Assembly: GCA_051362555.1 (NCBI GenBank)
Contig: CM120648.1
Span: 16,860,587 to 16,924,586, forward strand
Source of the DNA: Lingula anatina
Taxonomy: Eukaryota > Animalia > Brachiopoda
Length of the DNA stretch: 64,000 bases
Reading direction: 5' to 3'
Shown: in pieces, positions 10,009 to 20,969 of the stretch
Numbering within the stretch: the stretch's first letter is position 1
How the letters are laid out: the number at the start of each line of letters is the position of its first letter
The notes under the pieces: generated by a model
What the model was told of the DNA's origin: nothing
Seen by the model: the letters and a program-made list of their open reading frames with translations, nothing else
The model's database searches: none
Made by a program: the position numbers and the translations under genes

Positions 10009-13000
10009 TTACAAAACATAATCAGTAAGATATCTGGGAGTTTGTCTTTTTCTCGTAGAACGTCTAAGAGTTTGAGCTGGTTGTTCACATAGATCTGATG
10101 GAGTTTCAACTTCACCATTTTCGTTGCTTTCGTCAACTTGAGGCTGAAATTCATGGAAAGAGTCAAAGTCATTGCAAGGTTCCTTGTCGTTGTCAGCAGT
10201 ATTTACGTTTTCATAGTCTGACAAAGATAAGTCCGAATCATCGGAGTTGTCACTACATAAATCGTTGACTTTTCTCCATTTATAAACGGGTACCTTATAA
10301 CAGTCTGATTGTTTAACTCTATAAGACATAGATCGTAGCTGATTTCCTATGAATTTTTGAACATTGCACCAGTGACCATCGACTTTTACCACCATGTAGC
10401 GATCTCGGTCGTAATTCTTTGTCTTGTCGTGATGTAAATAAACGATATCTCCTACACTGAGATTGTTTTCGTTGGCGCTTTGTTTTAAAGGCGCTTTAGA
10501 TTGCATACTACTGTCGTGGTTTTTGGCTCTTATAGAATGCTGATCAATAATCAGTTTTCTATCTGAAGTGGGAATTTGTTGACAGGTGAATTGATCCCTC
10601 TGAAAAAGCATTTCCCTCGCAGACAAACCTCCTCGGCGCATTCTAGAATTGAGCTGAGCAACGCACAGGCTGAGAGTAGTTTGAGAAATAGAATCACGCG
10701 AGGGATCTTTGCGTAGAATTTCATCTTGAAGTTCCTGAACTGCTTTTTCCGCCACTGGATTTTTATTGATGTTTTTGGGACGTCCTATTTCGATGACTAA
10801 TCTAGACGATCGAAGGCACTCATCTGATACTAATGATTTGAATCCAGGAGCAGAATCAGTGCGAATGACAGCAAATGGACCGTCAAGTGGTCGCATTTCT
10901 GCACACAGTTGAATGAGACCTTCCCGTAAACTATCCTTAGTTTCGTCCTTCACAAAACACGCAGTTGTGAAAGAAGTGACCGTTTCTCTTACAATCAGTA
11001 TATTTTGTGAGTGTCGTTTCATAATATCAGCGGCAAATGAAGCTCCAACTGTAGGTGGGGGTTCTTCTGAAGACTGTTCCTGTTGAAGATGAGGAATTTT
11101 TTTCAAGGAAGCACATCGATGGCATGAATGCGATGTCTCGTCGGCTTCTTTGTCTAAGTTCAACGCGTAAAAGTAGCGTTTTACTACGCTCTTAAGCTGA
11201 TAACTGGACGGATGTTCTAAACGGATGTGGAGAGCAGTAAGAAGTCCGCTTAACACCTGTCTGGGAACTACTATAAGATCACGTTCGTTTTCCAAAGGTG
11301 ATTGACGGCGTACTACTAGAAGACCGTCTTTTGCGATGGTAAGACCCTCAATGTGCAGATAACGTTTCACGTTAGACACTCCGTTGTTTTTTTTACTAGG
11401 TCGCGTACCTTGAGATAAGTGGGCCTTAGTTCGACGTAGATCGTAGCATTCTTGTTGAATTTGAAGCCATGCTTTCCGGTTGGTGAATGGTAGCTGTTTG
11501 ATCTCGCTAAGAACATCGTTGGTGGAAACACTAGATACCACGCAGTTTTGTAGGTCATAGACAAAGTTGCAAACTTGACACTTTTGGCTTTGGCATTCTT
11601 TTGCGTTTCTACTTGCGAAATCAGTTGGAATATTATCTGAACCTGCCAGGTGTTGCACAGAAACGTGATATCTACTGGCTAAAGAGAGAAATGTAGACAC
11701 TCGTGGACTTGCAGAAAACTCTCCTCTGCATAATTTAACATGTGCTTGTACGCAAGGCTTACTGTCAGTTAAAACATGCGTTTGGTGACTTGACTGTATA
11801 ATATATGGAGCGAAGTGTTTGATCGCAGAAGCTATAGCTAACGCTTCCAGCTCACACGGTATCCAAGTCACCTGATGTTTTCGGAGTTTTGCGCTGAAAA
11901 ATCCAGATAAACGAAGCTTATCTCCGCGTTTGGCGTACAAAGTTGCAGCAAGACCAGAGTGTCGAGAGGAGGCATCTGTCACAAGCCAAAGCTCATCGTT
12001 GATCCGAGGAATCATAATAGAACGATGGTTGAGTAGAGCTTTCTTTGAATTTTCGAAGGCAACAACATTCTCCTCCGTCCATGACAGTTTATCCTGGGAC
12101 TGTTTTCCGGCAGTCATGCTATCTAGGGGAGCAAGTATCGAAGCACAGCCAGGTAGTACGCGTGCGAATGCTTTATAGGCACCAATGAAGGATCTGAGCG
12201 CGAAAACTGTCATGGGGCGGTCGCAGTTCGACAATGTAGCTATACGGTGAGTGTTGGCAGAGAGAAAACCACTTCTCCAAGTCCATCCGAGGATTGTTGT
12301 TTCCCTTGGACAAATCACGGTTTTGGTCGGAGAAAGACGAAGATCACACTTGCTGAGAGCTCGTAGAACCTGTCGGAAATTATCCATCAGTTCTTTCACA
12401 GTTTCGCCGCCACAGTAAAGATCGTCGGCGATCTTACAAACGACGCCTTTCATTATAAGATCACCAAGGACACGTGACATCATCTCTTCTAATGCTGTCT
12501 CCGACCCGGGCATTCCCATTGCTGAACGTGTGTAGACTCTTACTCCCTTGAAAGGAGTAGCAACTCCACAATATTTCATAGAATTCTTATCCAGTGGAAT
12601 CTGATAAAAGGCACTGGATAAGTCAGTGGTAATAATGTGTTTCCATCCTCCAATGTTACGTAATGTTGAATTTACGTCAGGTAAAAGAGACGGTTGAGGT
12701 TTGCAATATTTTCCAACTTCGTTGAAAGCAGTAACCAAGCGGAACGAACCGTTGCTCTTTTTTACCAGAAATGAAGGGTTCAGATATTCGACATTCACAC
12801 CCACATCTTCCGGTTTTGCGAAGACGCCAACACTCTCCAGAAAATCAAATTTCTCTTGTAGATCGACAAGTTTGTCTCTGCTATACTGGGGAATCCTGCC
12901 CTTCCTCTGGGGCGGTTGAGTAGGACCCATGTTTACCACCGATTTAAAAGGTCCCATAGCACCGTTGTATCCGGGGATTGACGGGTTGAAAACATTGTCA

Positions 13001-14859
13001 TATGACACAAGTAGTGTCTGAAAATCTTGTTTGTCCCCTGATGTCAACAGAGAATCTGGATCCAACTTTACGGCAGCAGAGTGAAGTACTGGTGACGCAA
13101 TAGAAATGTTGGCAGGCGAAGTATCCAAAGTGGATGGCTGGAACTCAAGAGATTTTTCACTATCGCTCACTGGACAGACAAAACCAATGTGAGAGTTGCG
13201 TTTCACAATACATGGTAGTCCGGTGTCGTTTGTAAGTCTTATTTTGTCATGAACTGATCTTACGACTTGCGGATTTAACCACACAGGCGAAGAATCATTG
13301 CCATAGACACATGGTTCAACGGCGAGTTCCTTCTCACCAATCAAATTATCAGGAATGACAGTTTCAATACAGTCTCCAGGCCAAAGCGTGGAATTTATTG
13401 GTCCCGCGCGAAGTATATGAGACTGAGTACGTTTGATGTTTGCTGTAGATCGAACGTTTTTTCCAGCATCATACGTAATAGAGGAGCCATCTGAAAAAGA
13501 AATTAGCTTTCGGGCTGGTCTTAAAGTAATATCGTTCATCTCTAAAAATGGAGTTCCGGCCAAAATTTCGGTACTCAACTGGTCTACTACGAGAGCCTCC
13601 AGGAAAAACGATCTCTCATTTCGAGTGAGGTGTATACGAGTTTCACCTATAACGTTCAAGGTGGATTTCCCGTCTGCCTGGCTGGCTGTTTGTGACTTGT
13701 TAGGTAAGATGGGCGCTCCTATCTCTATTGCAGTAGTCTGACTTATCAAATTAGACTCGGCACCACAATCGAGTGTTAAATGAACCGGGTGTTGATTGTG
13801 ATAAGCATCGAAGCATGGCGAAGGACTAATGCGGACACGTTGAACCTCTGCACTGGGAATCTCAAAATTTGTGTTGGTAGACACGTCTGCTACAACAATT
13901 TCCTCATCAGAGGATGACTCTTCATTGCACATAACCTGGTGAGTCCTGGTGATGTAAAGTTTATCTTGCTCGGGTAAAAATTTGCAAGTGCTGAGAAAAT
14001 GATCGTAGCGTTGTCGACCGGCCTGTTTACAAAGCGGGCAAGAACGTTTTTTTGCGTTGAAAATAGGACCGTGCTCCTTTACGGGAGAGAAAATTTTGGG
14101 TTTTTGCTTTGTAATTGATCTCATGGCACGAATTTCCTCGTGAGAATTCAATTGATCCAATAATGAATCTAAAGCTTGAGATATTTCAGGTTTGATTGAA
14201 GCGAGAGTTCGAGATCGTAACTCCGTTCCGTATCGCTCTTTCACTAGCAAGGGCAAATCTTTATGAATTAACTTCAACCAGGTGAGTATGACAAAGTTTT
14301 CTAAAGAAGGCGAAATTTCTTCGTCGTCTATCATAACCTCGTTGTGATGAGTAATACCACCATCGGCGGTGAGCAAATTGTCTTCTACAAACGCCATTAA
14401 ACGCTGATATAAATCCTCCGGCCTCTCGTCTGGTTCAAGTTTTATTTGCGCAAAGTCTAGAAAGTGAGCGCCGGTTGATTGAAAACCAAAGTGTAACCGA
14501 ATAGACTGCCAAACAGAATTCAGACTGGTAGAGCTTTTCACAATTGATCCACGTGAAATTACTGGACAAAAGTTGGCTATTTGATTTAGCATAGACTCTA
14601 ATTGGGTTACCTTTTGTTGTGCTGTGCGTCGTTGTCTCTCAGAAATGGTATCGTCGTCGTCGACAAATCCGCGTAGAGGATTTTGTTTGGTTTTCTTCAA
14701 CCATGTCACACTACTTGACAAAAAGTGCGAAAATGTTGCATCTTGTGAAAGCAGAAACTCGAGATTTTGCTTCCACTTCTCGAAGGATCCTATTGTCTCC
14801 GTTTTTGTAAGCACCCATTGCTTTGGTGCTCTAAGTGAAGTTGTATTTGTACTAGCCAT
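10009..14859 (-). CDS. Gag-Pol polyprotein (Gag, Zn knuckle, PR, RT, RNase H, integrase)
   Basis: Knuckle CPLC..H....C; PR LDCGAE; RT 'TDLSSAFYQIPL...MGMPGS...KIADDLY'; RNaseH 'LVTDAS..ELEAL..LTDSKP..TDFASR'; IN HHCC (HIRLEH..CHRC) and D-D-E (AAD, RTD, VAEKAV). Gypsy domain order; ATG at 14859. Confidence 0.95.
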   Translation of the reverse strand: MASTNTTSLRAPKQWVLTKTETIGSFEKWKQNLEFLLSQDATFSHFLSSSVTWLKKTKQNPLRGFVDDDDTISERQRRTAQQKVTQLESMLNQIANFCPVISRGSIVKSSTSLNSVWQSIRLHFGFQSTGAHFLDFAQIKLEPDERPEDLYQRLMAFVEDNLLTADGGITHHNEVMIDDEEISPSLENFVILTWLKLIHKDLPLLVKERYGTELRSRTLASIKPEISQALDSLLDQLNSHEEIRAMRSITKQKPKIFSPVKEHGPIFNAKKRSCPLCKQAGRQRYDHFLSTCKFLPEQDKLYITRTHQVMCNEESSSDEEIVVADVSTNTNFEIPSAEVQRVRISPSPCFDAYHNQHPVHLTLDCGAESNLISQTTAIEIGAPILPNKSQTASQADGKSTLNVIGETRIHLTRNERSFFLEALVVDQLSTEILAGTPFLEMNDITLRPARKLISFSDGSSITYDAGKNVRSTANIKRTQSHILRAGPINSTLWPGDCIETVIPDNLIGEKELAVEPCVYGNDSSPVWLNPQVVRSVHDKIRLTNDTGLPCIVKRNSHIGFVCPVSDSEKSLEFQPSTLDTSPANISIASPVLHSAAVKLDPDSLLTSGDKQDFQTLLVSYDNVFNPSIPGYNGAMGPFKSVVNMGPTQPPQRKGRIPQYSRDKLVDLQEKFDFLESVGVFAKPEDVGVNVEYLNPSFLVKKSNGSFRLVTAFNEVGKYCKPQPSLLPDVNSTLRNIGGWKHIITTDLSSAFYQIPLDKNSMKYCGVATPFKGVRVYTRSAMGMPGSETALEEMMSRVLGDLIMKGVVCKIADDLYCGGETVKELMDNFRQVLRALSKCDLRLSPTKTVICPRETTILGWTWRSGFLSANTHRIATLSNCDRPMTVFALRSFIGAYKAFARVLPGCASILAPLDSMTAGKQSQDKLSWTEENVVAFENSKKALLNHRSIMIPRINDELWLVTDASSRHSGLAATLYAKRGDKLRLSGFFSAKLRKHQVTWIPCELEALAIASAIKHFAPYIIQSSHQTHVLTDSKPCVQAHVKLCRGEFSASPRVSTFLSLASRYHVSVQHLAGSDNIPTDFASRNAKECQSQKCQVCNFVYDLQNCVVSSVSTNDVLSEIKQLPFTNRKAWLQIQQECYDLRRTKAHLSQGTRPSKKNNGVSNVKRYLHIEGLTIAKDGLLVVRRQSPLENERDLIVVPRQVLSGLLTALHIRLEHPSSYQLKSVVKRYFYALNLDKEADETSHSCHRCASLKKIPHLQQEQSSEEPPPTVGASFAADIMKRHSQNILIVRETVTSFTTACFVKDETKDSLREGLIQLCAEMRPLDGPFAVIRTDSAPGFKSLVSDECLRSSRLVIEIGRPKNINKNPVAEKAVQELQDEILRKDPSRDSISQTTLSLCVAQLNSRMRRGGLSAREMLFQRDQFTCQQIPTSDRKLIIDQHSIRAKNHDSSMQSKAPLKQSANENNLSVGDIVYLHHDKTKNYDRDRYMVVKVDGHWCNVQKFIGNQLRSMSYRVKQSDCYKVPVYKWRKVNDLCSDNSDDSDLSLSDYENVNTADNDKEPCNDFDSFHEFQPQVDESNENGEVETPSDLCEQPAQTLRRSTRKRQTPRYLTDYVL

Positions 14860-14906
14860 TTTCAAATGTATCTCTGACGTACGTAGTTACGAACTTTTAA
14901 AAATAT

Positions 14907-14917
14907 CGCTGCCACCA
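14907..14917 (-). promoter_or_regulatory. Primer-binding site, tRNA-Leu-like
   Basis: TGGTGGCAGCG directly after the 5' LTR, complementary to the tRNA-Leu 3' end (CGCTGCCA-CCA). Confidence 0.75.
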
Positions 14918-15105
14918 CGCCATGACATGAAGCAAACAAACACGTCTTTAGTGTCCAAATCATATACCTCAAGTGCCGACAAGACACTCAGCGTTTATTT
15001 ACATGCAAATCAGGCAGATGACCAAGTGTCACTGCTAGAGGCAATTACGTACTATACAGCTGTGTTTACTCGTTACAATCGAATGCACTTTACATAATAC
15101 TGGCG
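14918..15105 (-). repeat. 5' LTR of Troyka-type element
   Basis: Direct repeat of 9598-9785. Confidence 0.92.
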
Positions 15106-17088
15106 CTCCATAGAGACAATAAAATAGAATGAGCTTCTGAAACAAAACTCGGCCAACTTAAACATAATAATCGAAATAAAATACTGCCGGGCATCGGAGC
15201 GGCCTAAAACTTGGCACGCTTACCGCTAATACTGCAAGCTTCATCATCCCGTCGCTCGTTTGTAAATTCCGTGCACAATCAAACCGTAAATCAAAATTCC
15301 ACCTCTGATGTTTAAGTTGGTCCACTCTAACCTACCATTACGAAAAAGAAGCCATGCCATTGGACAATGCGACCTCTGCGGTTACGTCATTTCCTGAATT
15401 GGATTGTTGAGAGGACCAAGATAAACATCAGGGGTGATATTTGGTGATATTTGGCTTTACGGTTTGATTGTGCGTATGCCATGCACGGAATTTACAAACG
15501 AGGGACGGGATGATGTAGCCTGCAGTATTAGCGGTAAGCGTGCCAAGTTTTAGGCCGCTCTGATGCCCGGCAGTATTTTATTTCGATTATTATGTTTAAG
15601 TTGGCCGAGTTTTGTTTCAGAAGCTCATTCTATTTTATTGTCTCTATGGAGGTATATGGGGACTTTACGACATTCGGTTTGAAGGCTTTAACCACTTGTT
15701 ATAGTTTATGTTTGCATTGTATTGGATTAATGTGGCAGTCTTAGGTTGTCCTAGGTGGTTTTCTAGTTTATGCACCCGATTTTAATATCATTTAGCGATT
15801 TTACGACAATCGTTTACTATCCAATCAAGGTGACAGCCGAGCGTGGCTGTTAGTGCTAACAACATCACCGAGGTGATAGTCCGCCGAAGAAAAATACAAA
15901 AAATAAATAAACAGCAGAACAGACTGTGATGGGCGGTTCATTCACCAGCCAGTCACATCACCAAAAAGAAAGTTATAGTCCGTTCAAAAAGTTCTCATAA
16001 ATAAATGAAAAGAAAAATGGAATGCAAAAATAAGATCCCGGTTTTTCAGAAATTATATCAAATTAGACTGTGGTCACGTGTTAACACAAAAATAAGCTAC
16101 ATAACAGTTACAGGCGGCATGACGTCACAAGATGGCCGACTAGGGTAAAACATTGGCTGGCGCCCATTACTCTCAATGTTAAATTGGCGAACTTTGATCG
16201 TTAATATCAAACAGACCAGAGGACAATTACTTGTGACAACCACTTGGCCATATTCACTAGGGTTTTTAGCGTCAGTCATGGGCCTCAGGAGGATTTTCTA
16301 AAGCTGCAGGTGATTTTATCAGCGATAAAGCCAACCGTTCTCCAACGGGCTGCAATTACAGTTTACACCTGATATTATCTTTTATCAGATATATCTCTGG
16401 AATCTTGTCACTGACAGCACCTGAATGGGACTTACCTGGATTTCTCCCTGTCAGAAGAGCTTTACAGGTGATTTAGGTGGAAGAAAAAGATCGGTGTTGC
16501 GGTGTTCACTTTATTTATTAGTGTCAGTATATAACCTCAGCTTGTGTTAATTTTATCAACCAGAAAAACTATATACTTGTAATAATATTTTGCTTTGATT
16601 TAAATGTTGATCAGGGAAAATAGACTTTATATTAACTTTCACGAAATACATGGAGCTTATGTCTTGTATAAAATTATTTGTCATTCGTTTTCCATGTTTT
16701 TCAGCAGTTTTGTGGTAATTTTTGAACTGTGAAGCACAGAAAGGTGAATTTCTAGCTATGCCTTTTGGTTATCATCATAAAAAAACTTTAAAGCAATTAT
16801 TCTGATACTAATTATCTCAGAATTCAGCAACAAATATAGAGTAATTAAATAGTTGTAAAAATCAATTTTTTTATCAAACTTTATTATCTTTGGTCAGATT
16901 ATATACAGTGTAATAAACATGCATGTCACAGAAGAAGACCCACAGGCTTGCTGTACAGTCAAAGTAATGTACAGTTTTAATGTACAGTGCAATACAAATA
17001 TATTTTCAAATTGCCTACTGCATGAAACATATATTAAAATTTAAAAAAAAAAAGAAATAAGTGCATTGCATTCATCAAAGCTGAACAT

Positions 17089-17391
17089 CTAAACAGTTTT
17101 ATGTTTCTTGGCACTTCTACACTCCTTGCAATACCACAACCTTGCTTTAGGCAGTCGCTTCAATTTTAAACAGTCTAAATGGAATCAATTGCCACATTTG
17201 TCACATGCTACCATGTCCCTATCTTCCTTTGATGACTTGCAATAGCAATACACAAGTTTGCTGGTGGATGGCATTACTGATACATTTACATTTTCAATAC
17301 GCCTTGTAAGAAGCTCTGGCAAAATGCACTTTTTCCAAAATGATGCCAATTTGGAAGTCATGGTCTGAATGTAACTATCATCTCTTAACAC
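17089..17391 (-). pseudogene. C-terminal fragment of YqaJ-type exonuclease + PHD finger (accessory ORF of ISL2EU-like transposons)
   Basis: 'KLASFWKKCILPELL' (YqaJ end), then YCYC...MVACDKCGN*FHLDCL...WYCKEC (PHD with W>stop at 17185-17187); 5' end cut by a Harbinger MITE. Confidence 0.7.
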
Positions 17392-17395
17392 TCTG

Positions 17396-18938
17396 GGGCC
17401 GGTTTCACAAAGCAGTAGTTAGTTAGCGATCGGTAGTTAGCCTATCGCTAGTTAGAGTGCCGTTTCACGAAGCAATCGCTAGTTCTCTCGCTCGTTATTG
17501 TCTCGTTGTTGCCTTGGATATTTAACGACTGGTCAGACCAGTCGCTAACTCTAGAGTTTCATCGAACGCATGCGTAATGAGTGAAATAAAAAGGTTGCTT
17601 AGTTACCATTGTCTGTCGTTTGTCTTTGTATCCAATATGGCGGCTACCTTTCTTGCTATCCGTACCGCCAGACGGCAACGTAGACTACGACGTTTTCATG
17701 AAAGGCAGAATCTATTAGAATATACACACGATGATGCAATTTACGAGAGGTTGCGCCTAGCTGTGACAAAAAGAGCGGCAAAAAGATGGTGGAGATCTAT
17801 GGGCGGCGGTTTATACAAAAATGCAAAACGCGATTTGTCGTCGTCGTTATCAGATCAGTCGAAATGAAAACGCGATTTGTCGTCGTCGTTATCAGATTCG
17901 TCGAATTCAAAACACGATTAGTCGTCGTCGTTATCAGATCAGAAGGCAAAATACGACTAGTAGTCGTCAAAACGCAACTCGTCATCAAAACGCAACTAGG
18001 CATCAAAACGCAACTAGGCATCAAAACGCAACTAGTCATCATCAAAACGCAACTAGTCATCAAAACGCAACTAGGCATCAAAACGCGATTTGACGCCAGA
18101 TGGCGCCCATTGTACGAAAATCTAGGCCAAGTCACATGATCCACAGTGATCAAAATGGCGGACGTTATTGAAGCAGCATTATCATATTCCTCGCTCGAAC
18201 TCGAGAATTATCTCGAGTTCGAGATATATTATTATATATATAATATCATTATTAGATTGTACGCGTAGAGATAATTCTCGAGGAATATGATAATGCTGCT
18301 TCAATAACGTCCGCCATTTTGATCACTGTGGATCATGTGACTTGGCCTAGATTTTCGTACAATGGGCGCCATCTGGCGTCAAATCGCGTTTTGATGCCTA
18401 GTTGCGTTTTGATGACTAGTTGCGTTTTGATGATGACTAGTTGCGTTTTGATGCCTAATTGCGTTTTGATGCCTAGTTGCGTTTTGATGACTAGTTGCGT
18501 TTTGATGATGACTAGTTGCGTTTTGATGCCTAATTGCGTTTTGGTGACTAGTTGCGTTTTGACGACTAATCGTGTTTTCATTTCGACTGATCTGATAACG
18601 ATGACGACAAATCGTGTTTTGCATTTTTGTATAAACCGCCGCCCATAGAGATCCTTTACGACGACCTCAAAGCAGACGTTCTTATGCATTTTCAGCCACC
18701 AAAAATTGGAGAGTTAGTGCTTTCGTAACACTTTTACGCAAGAGTTCCACTTCCGGCAGACGGTTTCGAGACTACGGTGAGTAACGAGAGAACTAACGAC
18801 CTAACTTTACGACTGAACTTAGCGATGAGTTAACGACTGCTTCGTGAAACACCCCTCGAAAATCGCTAAGTTTGCTCGTTAGCGAGGTAGTTCAGTAGTT
18901 AGTTGTTCTAACTAACTACTGCTTTGTGAAACCGGCCC
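17396..18938 (+). mobile_element. PIF/Harbinger-derived MITE, copy 1 (contains nested fold-back)
   Basis: TIR GGGCCGGTTTCACAAAGCAGTAGTTAGTTAG; TSD CTG; internal remnant 'RRFHERQNLLEYTHDDAIYERLRL' resembles a Harbinger transposase N-terminus. Confidence 0.85.
17798..18647. mobile_element. IS3EU-like fold-back element (TAT...ATA termini, 6-bp TSD)
   Basis: ~400-bp inverted arms with 18/21-bp minisatellite (CATCAAAACGCAACTAG). Flanked by GAGATC twice; empty site present in copy 2 at ~19372. A 2- or 4-bp TSD reading is also possible. Confidence 0.75.
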
Positions 18939-18941
18939 CTG

Positions 18942-19832
18942 ACTGCATTCCCACAAATTTAGATCGATCCATCTGGGGCCGGTTTCACAAAGCAGTAGTT
19001 AGTTAGCGATCGGTAGTTAGCCTCTCGCTAGTTATAGTGCCGTTTCACAAAGCAGTCGCTAGTTCTCTCGCTCGTTTTTGTCTCGTTGTTGCCTTGGATA
19101 TTTAACGACTGGTCAGACCAGTCGCTAACTCTAGAGTTTCATCGTACGCATGCGTAATGAGTGAAATAAAAAGGTTGCTTAGTTACCGTTGTCTGTCGTT
19201 TGTCTTTGTATCCAATATGGCGGCTACTTTTCTTGCTATCCGTACCGCCAGACGGCAACGTAGACTACGACGTTTTCATGAAAGGCAGAATCTATTAGAA
19301 TATACACACGATGATGCAATTTACGAGAGGTTGCGCCTAGCTGTGACAAAAAGAGCGGCAAAAAGGTGGTGGAGATCCTTTACGACGACCTCAAAGCAGA
19401 CGTTCTTATGCATTTTCAGCCACCAAAAATTGGAGAGTTAGTGCTTTCGTGACACTTTTACGCAAGAGTTCCACTTCCGGCAGACGGTTTCGAGAGTATA
19501 GTGAGTAACGAGAGAACTAACGACCGAACTTTACGACTGAACTACTGCTTCGTGAAACACCCCTCGAAAATCGCTAAGTTTGCTCGTTAGCGAGGTAGTT
19601 CAGTAGTTAGTTGTTCTAACTAACTACTGCTTTGTGAAACCGGCCCCTGGATTGACATAACTTCCTGGGGGTTCACGCTAAATTGTCAGCCGATCGCGTA
19701 CGGAAGTTAATTACCCCCTTACAGCTTTTAGTAGGCAGGACAGACATTTAAGACAGAAATCTAGCTGACTGTAATCTAGTGAGACTCCCCACGGGGATAA
19801 ATCGATCTAAAATGTGTGGGAATGCAGTCTTA
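18942..19832. mobile_element. ~210-bp MITE (GACTGCATTCCCA...GGGAATGCAGTCTTA) interrupted by Harbinger MITE copy 2
   Basis: Short TIRs; related copies at 19831-20969 and, inverted, at 33523-33741. Confidence 0.65.
18976..19646 (+). mobile_element. PIF/Harbinger-derived MITE, copy 2 (671 bp, uninterrupted)
   Basis: Same TIRs as copy 1; TSD CTG (18973-18975, 19647-19649). Confidence 0.87.
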
Positions 19833-20969
19833 GATTGCATTCCCATAGATTTAGATCGATCCATTTAGATCAACCTAACTCCCTGTGGCTAAATTGCTTC
19901 ACGCAAAATTGCTGTCAGCCGAGCGCGCACGGTAGTTAATTACCTCCCTACAGCTTTTAGTAGGCGGGACAGACATTCAAGACAGCTATCTCAGGCCTAC
20001 CCAACTACCAGACTCGGCACGTACGGATCCAGAATAAACCGGTATATGAGACCACACTACCCGTTTTCAAGGTGTGTGCCAGATCGCATTACAGAGTATC
20101 ATACCCCATCACAAATTTTGAAAGCCTACCTGTCATCGGTATCGCGCCTCGTTTTCGTCAAGTAGGAGTCATATGAATACAACAATATGGAAATCGGCAA
20201 TCCTCGGCTCATTCCGCAAACTCCATACTATTGTCGAGTGCGGAGACTTCGGAGTAGTTCCGAGTGACAACATGGCGACAGACGACTCACTGAATCTCGT
20301 CCAGAAAATACTTAACCCCCGACAGAATATGCTTCCACTATCCAAATTAGGTTTACTTTTCTAAATGAATATATGTTTGCAAGTTCTAATTTACAAAACA
20401 TCATTGGCAATGTTCGAACCTAAATTTTATGTTAAAAATTGCGGTATTGTCAGATTTTTAGCATAAACAATGAAAATTGCAGCAGGGCATGAATCTAGAT
20501 GAGATGCACTACTTTCCAACCCCGCTTTAGACCACCGTGGAAGTGAAGAACAAAAGGTTCAGACGCGGTGTAACTCGCATAACCGCACGTCTGGCATGAA
20601 TGCGTTATAACCCGCTAATGGACCCGTGGTCTAAATAAGATAGATCCCTCGTCAGCGAGGGTTATGTGACATCCACTCGTGCTTCGCACTCGTGTATGCC
20701 ACATAACCCTCGCTAACTCGGGGTCTATCTATTACTAGGACCATTGCTATCACATCGCGCACCAGGCAAAATCGGTGAAGTGGCTGATACTCTGCAATGC
20801 GATCTGACACACACCTTGAAAACGGGTAGTGTGGTCTGATATACCGGTTTATTCTGGATCCGTAGGTGCCGAGTCTGGTAGTTGGGTAGGCCTGAATCTA
20901 GCTGATAGTAATCTAGTGAGACTCCCCACGGGGATAGATCGATATAAAATCTGTGGGAATGGAGTCTTA
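19831..20969. mobile_element. Second copy of the ~210-bp MITE, interrupted by 19991-20895
   Basis: Homologous to 18942-19832 on both sides of the insertion. Confidence 0.65.
19991..20895. mobile_element. MITE with ~100-bp TIRs (TCAGGCCTACCCAACTACCAGACTCG), 3-bp TSD
   Basis: TSD ATC; sister copy at 38272-38820 has TSD TAT. Contains a small hairpin element at ~20632-20734. Confidence 0.8.

Larger units (their letters stand above)
9598..15105 (-). mobile_element. Intact Troyka-type Gypsy LTR retrotransposon
   Basis: 188-bp LTRs (9598-9785, 14918-15105) bounded by CGCCA...TGGCG; 3-bp TSD CTC (9595-9597, 15106-15108), confirmed by the empty site in the host's opposite arm (~15641-15660); PBS, PPT and full gag-pol ORF. 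Confidence 0.9.
8789..15845. mobile_element. Fold-back non-autonomous DNA transposon (CACGCTCGGCTG termini, ~380-bp TIRs) hosting two nested insertions
   Basis: Left arm 8789-8982 plus 15106-~15290 is the reverse complement of ~15457-15845. A family member at 38407-38668 has an 8-bp TSD; no TSD on this copy. Confidence 0.8.

Noticed and set aside
11930-15097. Plus-strand ORFs within the Troyka element
   Set aside because: Antisense shadows of the gag-pol ORF.
8781-15853. TSD for the large fold-back
   Set aside because: Flanks CAAATAGC and GCTGTTAG do not match.
17786-18689. Repetitive ORFs (KTQLVI, HQNAT, MPSCVL) and CRISPR-like look
   Set aside because: Translations of an 18/21-bp minisatellite in fold-back arms; no unique spacers and no cas genes.
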